The notes beneath the pieces were generated by a model. The model saw only the letters and a program-made list of their open reading frames with translations, ran no database searches and was not told where the DNA came from. From contig CAXXXD010000003.1 in assembly GCA_963663385.2 (NCBI GenBank), positions 1,216,001 to 1,280,000 of the forward strand: a stretch of 64,000 nt of DNA, in the 5' to 3' direction. Source of the DNA: Oceanispirochaeta sp. Lineage in GTDB: Bacteria > Spirochaetota > Spirochaetia > DSM-2461. Shown in pieces: positions 9,195-18,288 of this stretch. Position numbers and translations under genes: made by a program. Positions within the stretch are counted from its first letter, which is position 1; each line of letters starts with the position of its first letter.

Positions 9195-11213
9195 TTACTG
9201 ATTCTTCTGCTGATTATTGAAACTATCCAGTGAATTGGAACTGGACTCCAATTGATTCAGCATACTTTCCATTGTTCCATATTTTCGTTTCAACTCTGAT
9301 TCATAATCAGTCAGATGATCTTTATAATCATCAATATCATCTTTTGTACTATCAATTTTATTGTCAAGCAGGGTTTCCTTATTCGGCAGAATCCCTCCTG
9401 TCTGTATATAAGGATTCAGAAATCTGTCCATCTCAAAACCGATTCCGCTGTCAACAACAAGATCTCCGTCACTATCCATGCCGAAAAGTTCTTTGATTGC
9501 CGGACTCATCTCCTGAAGAGATTTATCCAGAACTTCCTCATTTATTTCCAGATAACCTCTCAGTTTACTGGCATTTACACCGCTTCCTCCGCTTCCTGAC
9601 GCATTGGTGGAAATTCCGATCTGGGACAGCATTGACAAGTCCCTTTCCAGTGATGTAGGGTAGGGAGAAGCGGTTATCCTCTGCAGTCTGTTTTTAATCT
9701 GCATAAGTGTGATATCCCCGCGAAAGACACCCAGTACATCAAGTGCCTTTTCCCGTTCTTCATCTGTGAAGTACTCTATCTCGTTAACAATATCGGCATT
9801 ATCTGATGACAAGATAAGCAATTGTGTCATGGTTTGATTGTAATTGTAAACAAACTTGATAATCTCCTCTTTTGAGGTTTCCGTATCAGGTTTTATGGAA
9901 ATCTCAACCACTTCCTCCGGATCGGCCCGTTTAAGTTCGAGAGTTACACCGGGAATGAGATCATCAATACTGTTTGTTTCCCTCTCCACACGTATACCGC
10001 TGAATTCCAGAACAGCATTACCTGCTGTTGAAAGAGAATTGACTGGAATATAACCATCCGCAGTTCTCGGATCGCTAACCCTTATATTATGTATGGTTAT
10101 GTTTTTATGCGTATTATTGTTGAATAGAGATATGGAATCAATAGAGTCCCCGTTGCCGGATAAAGGAATTTTAACAGATTCCGAGTAATCACCGTCTTTC
10201 AGGAGGGACAAATCCAGTAGGCCGGTGCCGGTTGCAATTTCTCCGACAGAATTATCCACATTTACGGGCGGGGGAGGAGGTTCCTTCCATTCCGGAACGG
10301 CTGCAGAACTTGAAAAACTTTTAACACTGACGCCCCGGAAAACTGCATCCGGTGTCCCCGGTAACTCAGGTTCGGGAGGAGCTGTCGGACGAGTCTCATC
10401 AGGATCCATTAACGATACGCTGATATCGTACTCCAGCAGCATACCTTCTTCAAAATAGATTGGCCTGCTCAGGGGAATCTCGATAGAACTCCCCGGAGAG
10501 AGGAGTAGGGTATTTTCTTCTGTTATGGAAAGATTGTTATCGGTCAGCTTCTGAGAGGAGAGAACGTTTTCAAACTGAATCGAACTGGATTCGGTTTCAG
10601 CCTCTTTCAGAATCCCGTTATCCGTAGCCCATTTAAGGGTATCCTCTTTAAAAATCAGTTTATTATTGAGACCGGTTTTCTGTGATTCAAATAGAATTAC
10701 CTGAGTTGAAGATGTATCCTTAACAACTGTTGTAGAAAGGAATCCGTCGGATTTTTTTTCAATCCGCTCGGCAAAATCTGATAAACGTCCCCCCCTGTAA
10801 CGCAAAGTAAAATCTCTCTCTCCAATTGAGAAAGCATAATTTCCCTCGGGTACTCTTAAATCATCCGGAAGAGGCGGGGATATAAAACGATCAGCTCCTG
10901 CTGTTTCCAGAACTGTAAAAGAGAGCTCCTGCTTAGTTGCCTCACGTGTAGCAGTCGCGCTCAATATCCGCTCATTTGAGGAATCCACAGTCTTTTCATT
11001 AAAGGGATTTTCAAAACCAAAAAGCTTTCGCGATGAAGCTTTCAGCGTACTAATTTTCCGGTTTAGGGACTGCCAGGTTTTTTTTTCTTCTTCAAACTCA
11101 GTTATGGAATTTTCCATCTCTGCAAGTTTGACTTTTTCAACGTCCATTAAACCTTTGATGAGTTCTTCTGTATTGTATTTACTGTTTAAACCGGGGATGC
11201 TGATGTCAGCCAT
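9195..11213 (-). CDS. fliD: Flagellar filament cap protein FliD
   Basis: 'IPGLNSKYNTEELIKGLM', 'TNSIDDLIPGVTL', 'LSQIGIST' and C-terminal coiled coil 'LKRKYGTME'. Confidence 0.95.
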   Translation of the reverse strand: MADISIPGLNSKYNTEELIKGLMDVEKVKLAEMENSITEFEEEKKTWQSLNRKISTLKASSRKLFGFENPFNEKTVDSSNERILSATATREATKQELSFTVLETAGADRFISPPLPDDLRVPEGNYAFSIGERDFTLRYRGGRLSDFAERIEKKSDGFLSTTVVKDTSSTQVILFESQKTGLNNKLIFKEDTLKWATDNGILKEAETESSSIQFENVLSSQKLTDNNLSITEENTLLLSPGSSIEIPLSRPIYFEEGMLLEYDISVSLMDPDETRPTAPPEPELPGTPDAVFRGVSVKSFSSSAAVPEWKEPPPPPVNVDNSVGEIATGTGLLDLSLLKDGDYSESVKIPLSGNGDSIDSISLFNNNTHKNITIHNIRVSDPRTADGYIPVNSLSTAGNAVLEFSGIRVERETNSIDDLIPGVTLELKRADPEEVVEISIKPDTETSKEEIIKFVYNYNQTMTQLLILSSDNADIVNEIEYFTDEEREKALDVLGVFRGDITLMQIKNRLQRITASPYPTSLERDLSMLSQIGISTNASGSGGSGVNASKLRGYLEINEEVLDKSLQEMSPAIKELFGMDSDGDLVVDSGIGFEMDRFLNPYIQTGGILPNKETLLDNKIDSTKDDIDDYKDHLTDYESELKRKYGTMESMLNQLESSSNSLDSFNNQQKNQ

Positions 11214-11230
11214 AGCATCCCGCCTTCAAT

Positions 11231-11563
11231 TTATGCCATTTGATCAATGAATATACCGATTGCTTCCCTAAGGTTTTCATGCAGATTCTGTAACTCCGGA
11301 GAAGGAATTTCCTTAACAACTCTATCGGTATCTCTATCAATGATTTTAACGACAAAACTATCGATTTTTTCATTAATTGAATAACTGAATCTGGTATTAG
11401 CAGTAAATTCATTGAGTATTCTTTTTGTTTCATTCAAATCAGGATGGGCAACTTTAACTTTTTTCTGGTGCAATTCTACTTGTTGTTTTGCTTTTAATGC
11501 TTGTTGCTGAGTAAGGTTATTAACATTGACCGGTCCTGAATTGGATACATTTCCAATATTCAT
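11231..11563 (-). CDS. flaG: Flagellar protein FlaG
   Basis: 'VVKIIDRDTDRVVKEIPSPE...GIFID' motif; lies between flaB and fliD. Confidence 0.92.
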   Translation of the reverse strand: MNIGNVSNSGPVNVNNLTQQQALKAKQQVELHQKKVKVAHPDLNETKRILNEFTANTRFSYSINEKIDSFVVKIIDRDTDRVVKEIPSPELQNLHENLREAIGIFIDQMA

Positions 11564-11577
11564 ATAGACCTCCCTGT

Positions 11578-11614
11578 AAAAATAGAAGAGGGGAAGGGCG
11601 CGAACTCCCCCCTC
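11578..11614 (-). terminator. Intrinsic terminator after flaB
   Basis: Minus strand reads GAGGGGGGAG-TTCGCGCC-CTTCCCCTC followed by TTCTATTTTT. Confidence 0.65.
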
Positions 11615-11678
11615 GACTATATGAAAAAAAGATAACGTCCAGAAATCTCTTCTTCAGTTTTAAGTTATACCCTAAAAT

Positions 11679-12533
11679 TTAGCCTAGAAGCTGCAGTACT
11701 GACTGTGTTCTTACATTAGCCTGAGCCAACATAGAAGAACCAGCCTGATTCAATATCTGATTTTTGGTGTATTCAACGACTTCTGTAGCCATGTTTACAT
11801 CACGAATCCTGGATTCAGCTGCCTGCATATTTTCAGAAGCAATGGCAATACCTTTGGCCGCCATTTCAAATCTGTTCTGGTAAGCACCAAGATCGGCTCT
11901 CTGTTTATTAACAGTCTTCAGAGCTTCATCGACGATACCGATAGTTCTGTTAGCTTCTTCCACAGATGAAAGGGTAACAATTCCGCCACCACCCTGTTCA
12001 TTCTGGAGACCCAGTGCTTCAGCAGTCATTGTACCAATAAAGATCGTTTCTTTCTGATCCATATTTGCACCTACCTGAAGCGCCATAATATCACCAGTTA
12101 CAGAGCTTTCTGCAAACCGACCGGTAAGAAGGTTCATACCGTTGAACTGTGCGTGTGATGCAATCCTGTTCATTTCATCAACAAGTTGTGAAACTTCAAC
12201 CTGAATCTGCATCCTGTCTTCTGCAGTATAGATACCGTTAGAAGCCTGTACGGACAATTCTCTAACCCGATGCAGAATATCCTGAGTTTCCTGCAGATAA
12301 CCTTCGGTTGTCTGTATGAAAGATACTCCGTTCTGAATATTTTTCTCTGCCTGATTAAGACCTCTGATCTGAGATCTCATCTTTTCAGATACTGCTAATC
12401 CAGAAGCATCATCTGCTGCTTTATTAATTCTCAAACCTGAAGACAGTTTTTCCATATTGGTTGCTGTCTGTGTCTGGGAAACGCCGAGCTGCCTGTTTGC
12501 ATTAATGGCACTCATGTTGTGATTTATTATCAT
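11679..12533 (-). CDS. flaB: Periplasmic flagellar core flagellin FlaB
   Basis: 'MIINHNMSA', '[17 protein letters not shown]', '[10 protein letters not shown]' and 'ESRIRD' motifs. Confidence 0.98.
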   Translation of the reverse strand: MIINHNMSAINANRQLGVSQTQTATNMEKLSSGLRINKAADDASGLAVSEKMRSQIRGLNQAEKNIQNGVSFIQTTEGYLQETQDILHRVRELSVQASNGIYTAEDRMQIQVEVSQLVDEMNRIASHAQFNGMNLLTGRFAESSVTGDIMALQVGANMDQKETIFIGTMTAEALGLQNEQGGGGIVTLSSVEEANRTIGIVDEALKTVNKQRADLGAYQNRFEMAAKGIAIASENMQAAESRIRDVNMATEVVEYTKNQILNQAGSSMLAQANVRTQSVLQLLG

Positions 12534-12556
12534 ATCACCCTCCTTGCGAAGTTATT

Positions 12557-12568
12557 GGCATCCATGCC
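12557..12568 (-). promoter_or_regulatory. CsrA-type binding hairpin in the flaB leader
   Basis: GGCATGGATGCC with AUGGA in the loop region; an identical copy lies in the other flaB leader. Confidence 0.75.
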
Positions 12569-12588
12569 TCAAACCTGTATGCACCTGA

Positions 12589-12616
12589 CCATCGGCAAGC
12601 AAAATCGCGCCGCTTA
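12589..12616 (-). promoter_or_regulatory. Sigma-28 promoter of flaB (11679-12533)
   Basis: TAAG-N16-GCCGATGG on the minus strand. Confidence 0.7.
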
Positions 12617-12719
12617 GCCTGTGAACAGCTGAACAGGGAGATTCTCCGATTTTAAAAAATCGAATAATCTCCCAGTCCTGTGCAAACATCGGAAGGTTAT
12701 GTCAAAGATCATTTCTCAC

Positions 12720-12754
12720 CTGATGTTCAATAGTGTAGCACTAAAGAACATCAG
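12720..12754 (-). terminator. Stem-loop after the upstream flaB (terminator or mRNA-stabilising hairpin)
   Basis: CTGATGTTC...GAACATCAG outer arms with an inner TAGTG/CACTA stem; no clear U-tract. Confidence 0.45.
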
Positions 12755-12770
12755 TTAACATTATATTATG

Positions 12771-13631
12771 CTATTGGAGAAGTTGCAAGACAGATTGCGT
12801 TCTCTGGTTTGCCTGAGCAAGCATGGCATTGCTGGCCTGACTCAGGATCTGGTTTTTCGTAAAGTCTACAGATTCTTTTGCCATATCCAGGTCACGTATT
12901 CGCGATTCAGACGCCTGCAGGTTCTCAGCACCAACGTCAATGCCTTTGATTGCCAGTTCAAGTCTGTTCTGATAAGCACCAAGATCGGCTCTCTGCTTGT
13001 TAACAATTTTAAGAGCTTCATCAAGAACACCAATGTTTCTGTTTGACTGCTCGGGAGTAGAGATGGACATGATTTCACCGGATCCGAACTGTCTGAGACC
13101 AAGGGCTTCAGCAGTCATTGTTCCGATATTAACCTGTTCTCTCTGATCCATATTAGCGCCAATATGAAACCACATTGAAGCCGTTACGGTATTAAAACCG
13201 GTATCTGCCGCAAAACGACCTGTCAGCATGTTCATTCCGTTGAACTGAGCGTGTGATGCAACTCTGTCCAGCTCATCAACAAGCTGGGAAACTTCAACCT
13301 GAATCTGCATTCTGTCTTCAGCTGTATATATACCGTTTGAAGACTGAACAGCCAGTTCTCTTACTCTCTGAATAATATCTGTAGTTTCCTGCAGATAACC
13401 TTCAGTTGTCTGAATAAAAGAAATACCATCTGCTGCGTTTCTTGAAGCCTGATTCAAACCTCTGATCTGAGAACGCATCTTTTCAGATACGGCCAATCCG
13501 GAAGCATCATCACCAGCTTTATTGATCCGCATACCGGATGACAGTTTAGCCATGTTTGAAGCAGAACCTGCATTGTTGATTCCCAGGTTTCTCTGAGATG
13601 TCATTGCACTAAGATTGTGATTAATTATCAT
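12771..13631 (-). CDS. flaB: Periplasmic flagellar core flagellin FlaB
   Basis: Flagellin motifs including '[13 protein letters not shown]'. The likely start is MIINHN at 13631, with a GGAGGA SD; the track start of 13643 overlaps that SD. Confidence 0.98.
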   Translation of the reverse strand: MIINHNLSAMTSQRNLGINNAGSASNMAKLSSGMRINKAGDDASGLAVSEKMRSQIRGLNQASRNAADGISFIQTTEGYLQETTDIIQRVRELAVQSSNGIYTAEDRMQIQVEVSQLVDELDRVASHAQFNGMNMLTGRFAADTGFNTVTASMWFHIGANMDQREQVNIGTMTAEALGLRQFGSGEIMSISTPEQSNRNIGVLDEALKIVNKQRADLGAYQNRLELAIKGIDVGAENLQASESRIRDLDMAKESVDFTKNQILSQASNAMLAQANQRTQSVLQLLQ

Positions 13632-13655
13632 ATATTCCTCCATGAATAATGAATT

Positions 13656-13671
13656 CAGGCATCCATGCCTG
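13656..13671 (-). promoter_or_regulatory. CsrA-type binding hairpin in the flaB leader
   Basis: CAGGCATGGATGCCTG inverted repeat with GGA at the apex. Confidence 0.75.
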
Positions 13672-13696
13672 TAGGGATTTTACCCTCATGGAATTT

Positions 13697-13725
13697 CTAT
13701 CGTCATGGAGATATAATAAACTTGA
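13697..13725 (-). promoter_or_regulatory. Sigma-28 promoter of flaB (12771-13631)
   Basis: TCAAG-N16-GACGATAG, the same spacing as the other flaB promoter. Confidence 0.6.
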
Positions 13726-13794
13726 AAAAAAATATTAAGTATTTTAAAAAAAAACCGAGTATTCGGAGTGCAATAATTCACCTTAAGAGAATTA

Positions 13795-14910
13795 TCAAGT
13801 TTTTTTTATAAAATTAATATATTCAAGAGCAATAGGGTCTTCAGGTTCAAGTTCCAATACGGTATAGAAAAACCCCAGAGCCTCCTCATTTTTATGCTGC
13901 TTCAAGCAGAGAATGCCCATATTTGAAATAACCTTGGTATTCTCCGGATCGCTTTGATAAGCCTTCATAAGCAATTCTTCGGCTTTTTCAAATCTGTTTA
14001 GTTCCATCTGGCAAATGGCAAGCTCATTCAACACCTCTACCTGATCGTTATTCAGTTCAAAGGCTTTTGAGAAAGCAGCGAGAGCTTCCTCAAATTTCTC
14101 CAGCTTTCTTAATCCCCATCCTTTTAAAAACCAGGCATTCCATACTTCAGGGTTTTCAATCAGGAATGTACTGATAATTTCAATTCCTTCCTGATTGCGG
14201 TCTTGAGTTATCAACTGGTAGGCTTCCTTGTATTGATCATTCTGTCCTTTAAGTGCGGCAGTATCTTTTAAGAGCTTTTTTGCTTCGGCAAGCTTAACCT
14301 CATCCTTTCCGCTCTGAATGTAGAGATTCAAAAGTTCGCTTGCTTTGGAAAAATCCTGCCTGTTGTAAAAAAACCATGCTGAATTCAAATAAATATCGGG
14401 TAGCTTTTCTCCGTTTTCAATAAGCTGAAGATAAAGATCTTCTGACAGGGCAAAGACTCCATCGGCCTCGTCAATCCTGTTGAGGCCAGTCAGGTAGTTT
14501 CCCTGGTTTTCAAACATAATAGCCAGATTAAGTTTGTGTCTTAGTTCATCAGGCTGTAAACCGATCAGAGCCATGAATATCTCTTCCGTAAGTTCGTAAT
14601 GATGGATCTGGGCTTTAACAATGGCAGATTGAGTTAATTCCTCAATGATTTTCGGCTTAACCGACAGAATAAAATCCCTGAAATACTTAGAATCTTTATT
14701 ACCTGAATCATAAGCCAGGATTTTCAACATACCGGAAATAATCATTTCCCAGCTTAAATCTGATGTATCCCAATTGACAGGATCTATTCCCTCGGGAACT
14801 TCAACAGGAAGCAGAATCCCGGGATCCAGTATCAGGGAATCTGAAACCGTTTTTAGATTTTCCGGTATTGATATATACACAATAGAATCAAGAGGTTTAT
14901 TACTTTTCAT
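13795..14910 (-). CDS. TPR-repeat protein
   Basis: Several TPR units (e.g. 'AWFLKGWGLRKLEKFEEALAAFSKAFELN', 'SNMGILCLK...EALGFFYTVLELEPED'); GGAG SD. Confidence 0.85.
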   Translation of the reverse strand: MKSNKPLDSIVYISIPENLKTVSDSLILDPGILLPVEVPEGIDPVNWDTSDLSWEMIISGMLKILAYDSGNKDSKYFRDFILSVKPKIIEELTQSAIVKAQIHHYELTEEIFMALIGLQPDELRHKLNLAIMFENQGNYLTGLNRIDEADGVFALSEDLYLQLIENGEKLPDIYLNSAWFFYNRQDFSKASELLNLYIQSGKDEVKLAEAKKLLKDTAALKGQNDQYKEAYQLITQDRNQEGIEIISTFLIENPEVWNAWFLKGWGLRKLEKFEEALAAFSKAFELNNDQVEVLNELAICQMELNRFEKAEELLMKAYQSDPENTKVISNMGILCLKQHKNEEALGFFYTVLELEPEDPIALEYINFIKKT

Positions 14911-14930
14911 ATGTCTCCATTATTAAATAC

Positions 14931-15731
14931 TTACCTGTTATAAAGGTAATTGTTTATCATCATCTTGTAGGAAAGCGGTAAATCTTCAAGGGCGAAGTGG
15001 AGTGCCATTGCTGCAAGATCCCGTCGGCCCTGAACTTCTTCATATCTCAGTATTTTACCGGGAATCTGAAAAGCTTCACCCTTGTCGTTAATTAATTTTA
15101 CAATAACAGCCTTGTTTAAAAGGAACTTTGCATTGCCCTGAATTATCACTTTGCATCCGGTAAAGGAAACATCCCGTAAAATTCCTTTTCTGGGAATGGA
15201 ATCAATTACAAGAATACAGTTTTTTGAGCCCAAATGAAGTTTCTTCATACTGTCAATGGTAATCAAGACTCTTTCTTCTTTTCGCTTTGTTGCATTGACA
15301 TTGGCTTCAAGGAGAAAACCCAGTATTTCAATCAGATCATCAGGGGGGCGTGTTGAATAGTTCAAGCTCAGCATATAAAGATCCGGTTGATCTTTGGAAA
15401 TCTTACTGTGGGAACTTAACCGCGATTGAATGAAAAAATTGTGTTCAACAGGCTTTGGAGTTTCATCTTTTAAAAAACTCAGACGAAGTGATACATTCGT
15501 TTCATTATCCTGAAGATTTTCAAGGATATTGGCGGGTAGGGCTGCAATAACACGAGCAGACTCAAGGCTGCAACTATATAAAACACAAGGTCTCGGTCCT
15601 TCCTTGAACTTCAGAAAAACCTTTTTACTCTGTAATCCTGTGGTTGTAGCAACATCTCTGTTGAATGAGACATCAATGCTTTTAAATTTACTATATAATT
15701 GTGATATAAGCTGATTTGTTACTATTGCCAT
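14931..15731 (-). CDS. plzA: Spirochetal PlzA-like c-di-GMP receptor (N-terminal barrel + PilZ)
   Basis: 'RKEER' and 'DVSFTG' PilZ motifs; 266 aa. The ATG at 15731 (MAIVT) is preferred because the track start TTG is the -35 box. Confidence 0.8.
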   Translation of the reverse strand: MAIVTNQLISQLYSKFKSIDVSFNRDVATTTGLQSKKVFLKFKEGPRPCVLYSCSLESARVIAALPANILENLQDNETNVSLRLSFLKDETPKPVEHNFFIQSRLSSHSKISKDQPDLYMLSLNYSTRPPDDLIEILGFLLEANVNATKRKEERVLITIDSMKKLHLGSKNCILVIDSIPRKGILRDVSFTGCKVIIQGNAKFLLNKAVIVKLINDKGEAFQIPGKILRYEEVQGRRDLAAMALHFALEDLPLSYKMMINNYLYNR

Positions 15732-15741
15732 ATATTTAAGA

Positions 15742-15770
15742 ATTCTACTTGTTATTGAATATGCAGTCAA
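15742..15770 (-). promoter_or_regulatory. Sigma-70 promoter of plzA
   Basis: TTGACT-N17-TAGAAT, 10 nt before the ATG, with no SD. Confidence 0.7.
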
Positions 15771-15794
15771 TTAGTAAGTTGCAATATATTATAA

Positions 15795-15972
15795 AACCCG
15801 CAGTGCCGTTTCGGGTGTTCATCCTCTTGAACTCTATTGTTCAAGTGGGATTCCGTTCCTGAACATCCTGTTTCTCCGCTTAGGGATAGCAATTCAGTTC
15901 AAAGCATTTAGGAATCCCATGGATTCGACTTGTCGCAAGAGAAAATACCCTAAAACACGAACACCGCAGGTA
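15795..15972 (-). ncRNA. ssrS: 6S RNA
   Basis: About 175 nt directly downstream of zapA, the canonical ssrS position. The 5' end CCTGCGGTGT pairs with the 3' end GCACTGCGGG; inner arms TGGGATTCC/GGAATCCCA; 3' bubble hairpin CTTGAAC...GTTCAAG. Confidence 0.8.
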
Positions 15973-15974
15973 AT

Positions 15975-16304
15975 TTAATCATTTACTGTGTCATCCAGAA
16001 CCTGTATGACCCGCTGAAAAGCCCTATCAATCTCTTCCTGTACATTTATTGATTCAGTCGACTGCTGTTCATCAGTCAATTTTCTAAATTGATTGTTTTT
16101 AAGATTGATCAGTTCATCTACGATATAAATGCTAGACAGGATTGATAGCTTCAACTGATCTACAGATTTATGCTTCTCTCTGGTTTCATCAATTTTTTTA
16201 TTTAAAAACCAGATGACCTGCTTAAGTTGAGTGGGATCATCAGCTGTTTTAAGCGTTAAATTCACACCCAGTACATTTACCTTTAACAGGTCATCTCTAT
16301 TCAT
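15975..16304 (-). CDS. zapA: Cell division protein ZapA
   Basis: 'VNVLGVNLTLK' and 'KLSILSSIYIVDEL' ZapA pattern; zapB-zapA-6S gene order. Confidence 0.85.
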   Translation of the reverse strand: MNRDDLLKVNVLGVNLTLKTADDPTQLKQVIWFLNKKIDETREKHKSVDQLKLSILSSIYIVDELINLKNNQFRKLTDEQQSTESINVQEEIDRAFQRVIQVLDDTVND

Positions 16305-16969
16305 CAGAAGATTTCCAGATTCTGTGGGTAGCCAGTATCCTTGACTTCCTCAGTCTCCGGTTCGCTATCTTCCAATGGTTCGGTAGAAAAAGAGGGTACT
16401 GATTCATCATCACTCTCAGAATTTAGAACTACAGATTCTTCGACATCCATATCTATATCGATTGTCTCATCATCGCTTTCATCATCCTGAGAATCTTCCG
16501 CACTCATTTCCAGCTGTTCCGATTGATTGCCTGATACCTCACTTGCATCTGCTTCTACAAAAGATTCCTCTTCATCCGCAACCGATTCTTCGACAACGGG
16601 GGAGTCCTCTGCTGTTACTTCCTCCTCAAAAGATTCCTCTTCCTCGGCTTCAGTCTCGACAGATGGTGCAATTTCAGTTTCTTCACTGGCGGAAATCACT
16701 TCAGAAGTTTCTGAACTTTCAACCTCTTCCTCAGTTTCATCATCTTCATCCAGCTCATCGAACTGGTTTAAAGCACCAATAATACCTTTTTCAATCTCGG
16801 CCTGTTTACTGTCAAAACTGCTTTTCTGATTCTCAAGTTCCGCCACTCTCTCATTAAGGAGAGAAAGCTCTTCCTGAAGATCCTTATTTTCAGATTTCAG
16901 CTTTTTTATTAATTGAACTGCGTCGCTGACTTTTTTTTCCAGTAATTGAACCTGATCGAAAGTTATCAT
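16304..16969 (-). CDS. zapB: ZapB-like coiled-coil protein with a long acidic tail
   Basis: 'DQVQLLEKKVSDAVQLIKKLKSEN' coiled coil; translationally coupled to zapA. Confidence 0.75.
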   Translation of the reverse strand: MITFDQVQLLEKKVSDAVQLIKKLKSENKDLQEELSLLNERVAELENQKSSFDSKQAEIEKGIIGALNQFDELDEDDETEEEVESSETSEVISASEETEIAPSVETEAEEEESFEEEVTAEDSPVVEESVADEEESFVEADASEVSGNQSEQLEMSAEDSQDDESDDETIDIDMDVEESVVLNSESDDESVPSFSTEPLEDSEPETEEVKDTGYPQNLEIF

Positions 16970-16975
16970 TGAATA

Positions 16976-17335
16976 TTACGCTCCTAAAGATGATTTTGCT
17001 TTTTCAACAAGGGCGGAGAATCCTTTGGGATCTTCAATAGCCATGTTGGAAAGAGATTTTCTATTAATCTCAATACCTGCAATATTCAGACCATTGATAA
17101 ATCTGGAATAGGTAATCCCCTGTTCTCTACAAGCTGCTGAGATTCTGGCAATCCATAACTGTCTGAAATCTCTTTTTTTTACTTTTCTGTCTCTGTAGGC
17201 ATACTGACCAGCTTTTACAACTGCATCTTTGGCTACGCGGTGAAGCTTACTTCTTCGTCCCCAGTAACCTTTTGCCTCTTTCAGGATTTTTTTCCTGTGA
17301 TCTTTTCTCTTTTTTCCGTCAACCGCTCTGGGCAT
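16976..17335 (-). CDS. rplT: 50S ribosomal protein L20
   Basis: 'AKGYWGRRS', '[21 protein letters not shown]' and 'YSRFINGL' motifs. Confidence 0.98.
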   Translation of the reverse strand: MPRAVDGKKRKDHRKKILKEAKGYWGRRSKLHRVAKDAVVKAGQYAYRDRKVKKRDFRQLWIARISAACREQGITYSRFINGLNIAGIEINRKSLSNMAIEDPKGFSALVEKAKSSLGA

Positions 17336-17349
17336 AACTTAATCCTTCC

Positions 17350-17547
17350 TTAACCGTAGGGTAATAAAACTTTCAATCTTGGAATCTCAGTTTTACTGAC
17401 AACATCAGGATGTCTGAGTTTCCTTTTTCTTTTGGCAGATTTTTTGGTTAAGATGTGACGAGTCGCCTGTTTCTTATACTTGGCTTTACCAGTTCCTGTC
17501 ATCTTAAACCGCTTCGCTGCACTCTTACGTGTCTTCATTTTCGGCAT
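17350..17547 (-). CDS. rpmI: 50S ribosomal protein L35
   Basis: '[21 protein letters not shown]'. Confidence 0.98.
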   Translation of the reverse strand: MPKMKTRKSAAKRFKMTGTGKAKYKKQATRHILTKKSAKRKRKLRHPDVVSKTEIPRLKVLLPYG

Positions 17548-17560
17548 ATGAATCCCTCTA

Positions 17561-18082
17561 CTATTTTTTTGCTTTCGGGCTCAAAAGCATAGACATAAAC
17601 CGACCTTCCATACGGGGCGGGTTGTCTATGTTGAATGAACCCTCTTCCAGCAGTTCAATTAACTTATCAAGAACAACTCTTCCCAGTTCGGTATGCGCCA
17701 TTTCACGTCCCCGGAATCGAATTGTAACTTTCACTTTATTGCCACCGTCCAGGAACTCCTGAACGTGTTTGGTTTTAAAAGCAAGATCGTGCTTTTCTAT
17801 CTTGGGCTGCATCCTGACTTCTTTAAGCTTTACAAGTTTCTGCTTCTTCTTCTGTTCCCGGTTCTTTTTTTCCAGGTCAAACTTGTATTTTCCGTAATTC
17901 AGGATTTTGCAGACAGGAGGCTTGGACTGAGGAGCTACCTCTACCAGATCAATACCCGCCTCTTTCGCCATTTCCAGCGCTTCCCGGGTTGGGACGATTC
18001 CCTTCTGGTTTCCCTCTTCGTCGATGAGTCTTACTTCTCGCACTCGGATTTGTTCATTTATCCGCAAATCTTTAACAGCCAA
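17561..18082 (-). CDS. infC: Translation initiation factor IF-3
   Basis: 'LRINEQIR', 'DLVEVAP', 'PPVCKI' and 'RFRGRE' motifs. Non-AUG start (TTG at 18082 or GTG at 18085) after AAGGAG. Confidence 0.97.
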   Translation of the reverse strand: MAVKDLRINEQIRVREVRLIDEEGNQKGIVPTREALEMAKEAGIDLVEVAPQSKPPVCKILNYGKYKFDLEKKNREQKKKQKLVKLKEVRMQPKIEKHDLAFKTKHVQEFLDGGNKVKVTIRFRGREMAHTELGRVVLDKLIELLEEGSFNIDNPPRMEGRFMSMLLSPKAKK

Positions 18083-18139
18083 CACTACTCCTTAGAATTA
18101 TCCAAAAAATGAATAACGCCTTTTTAACAAATTTTAAAA

Positions 18140-18168
18140 AATATAACATGTCAGCCCTTAAGAGTCAA
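18140..18168 (-). promoter_or_regulatory. Sigma-70 promoter of the infC-rpmI-rplT operon
   Basis: TTGACT-N17-TATATT with an extended TG. Confidence 0.7.
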
Positions 18169-18288
18169 AGGGCAGGCTTAAACACTTTATTAACTAACCG
18201 CAAGGAATATATCGAATTTATCAGATTGTGTCCATAGATGATATGATTGTTGTATCTTCTTACTTTTCATGATACAAATTGATTCAGT

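Noticed and set aside
11679..13631. Long DNA repeats between the two flaB genes
   Set aside because: Ordinary flagellin paralogy; not an array or a mobile element.
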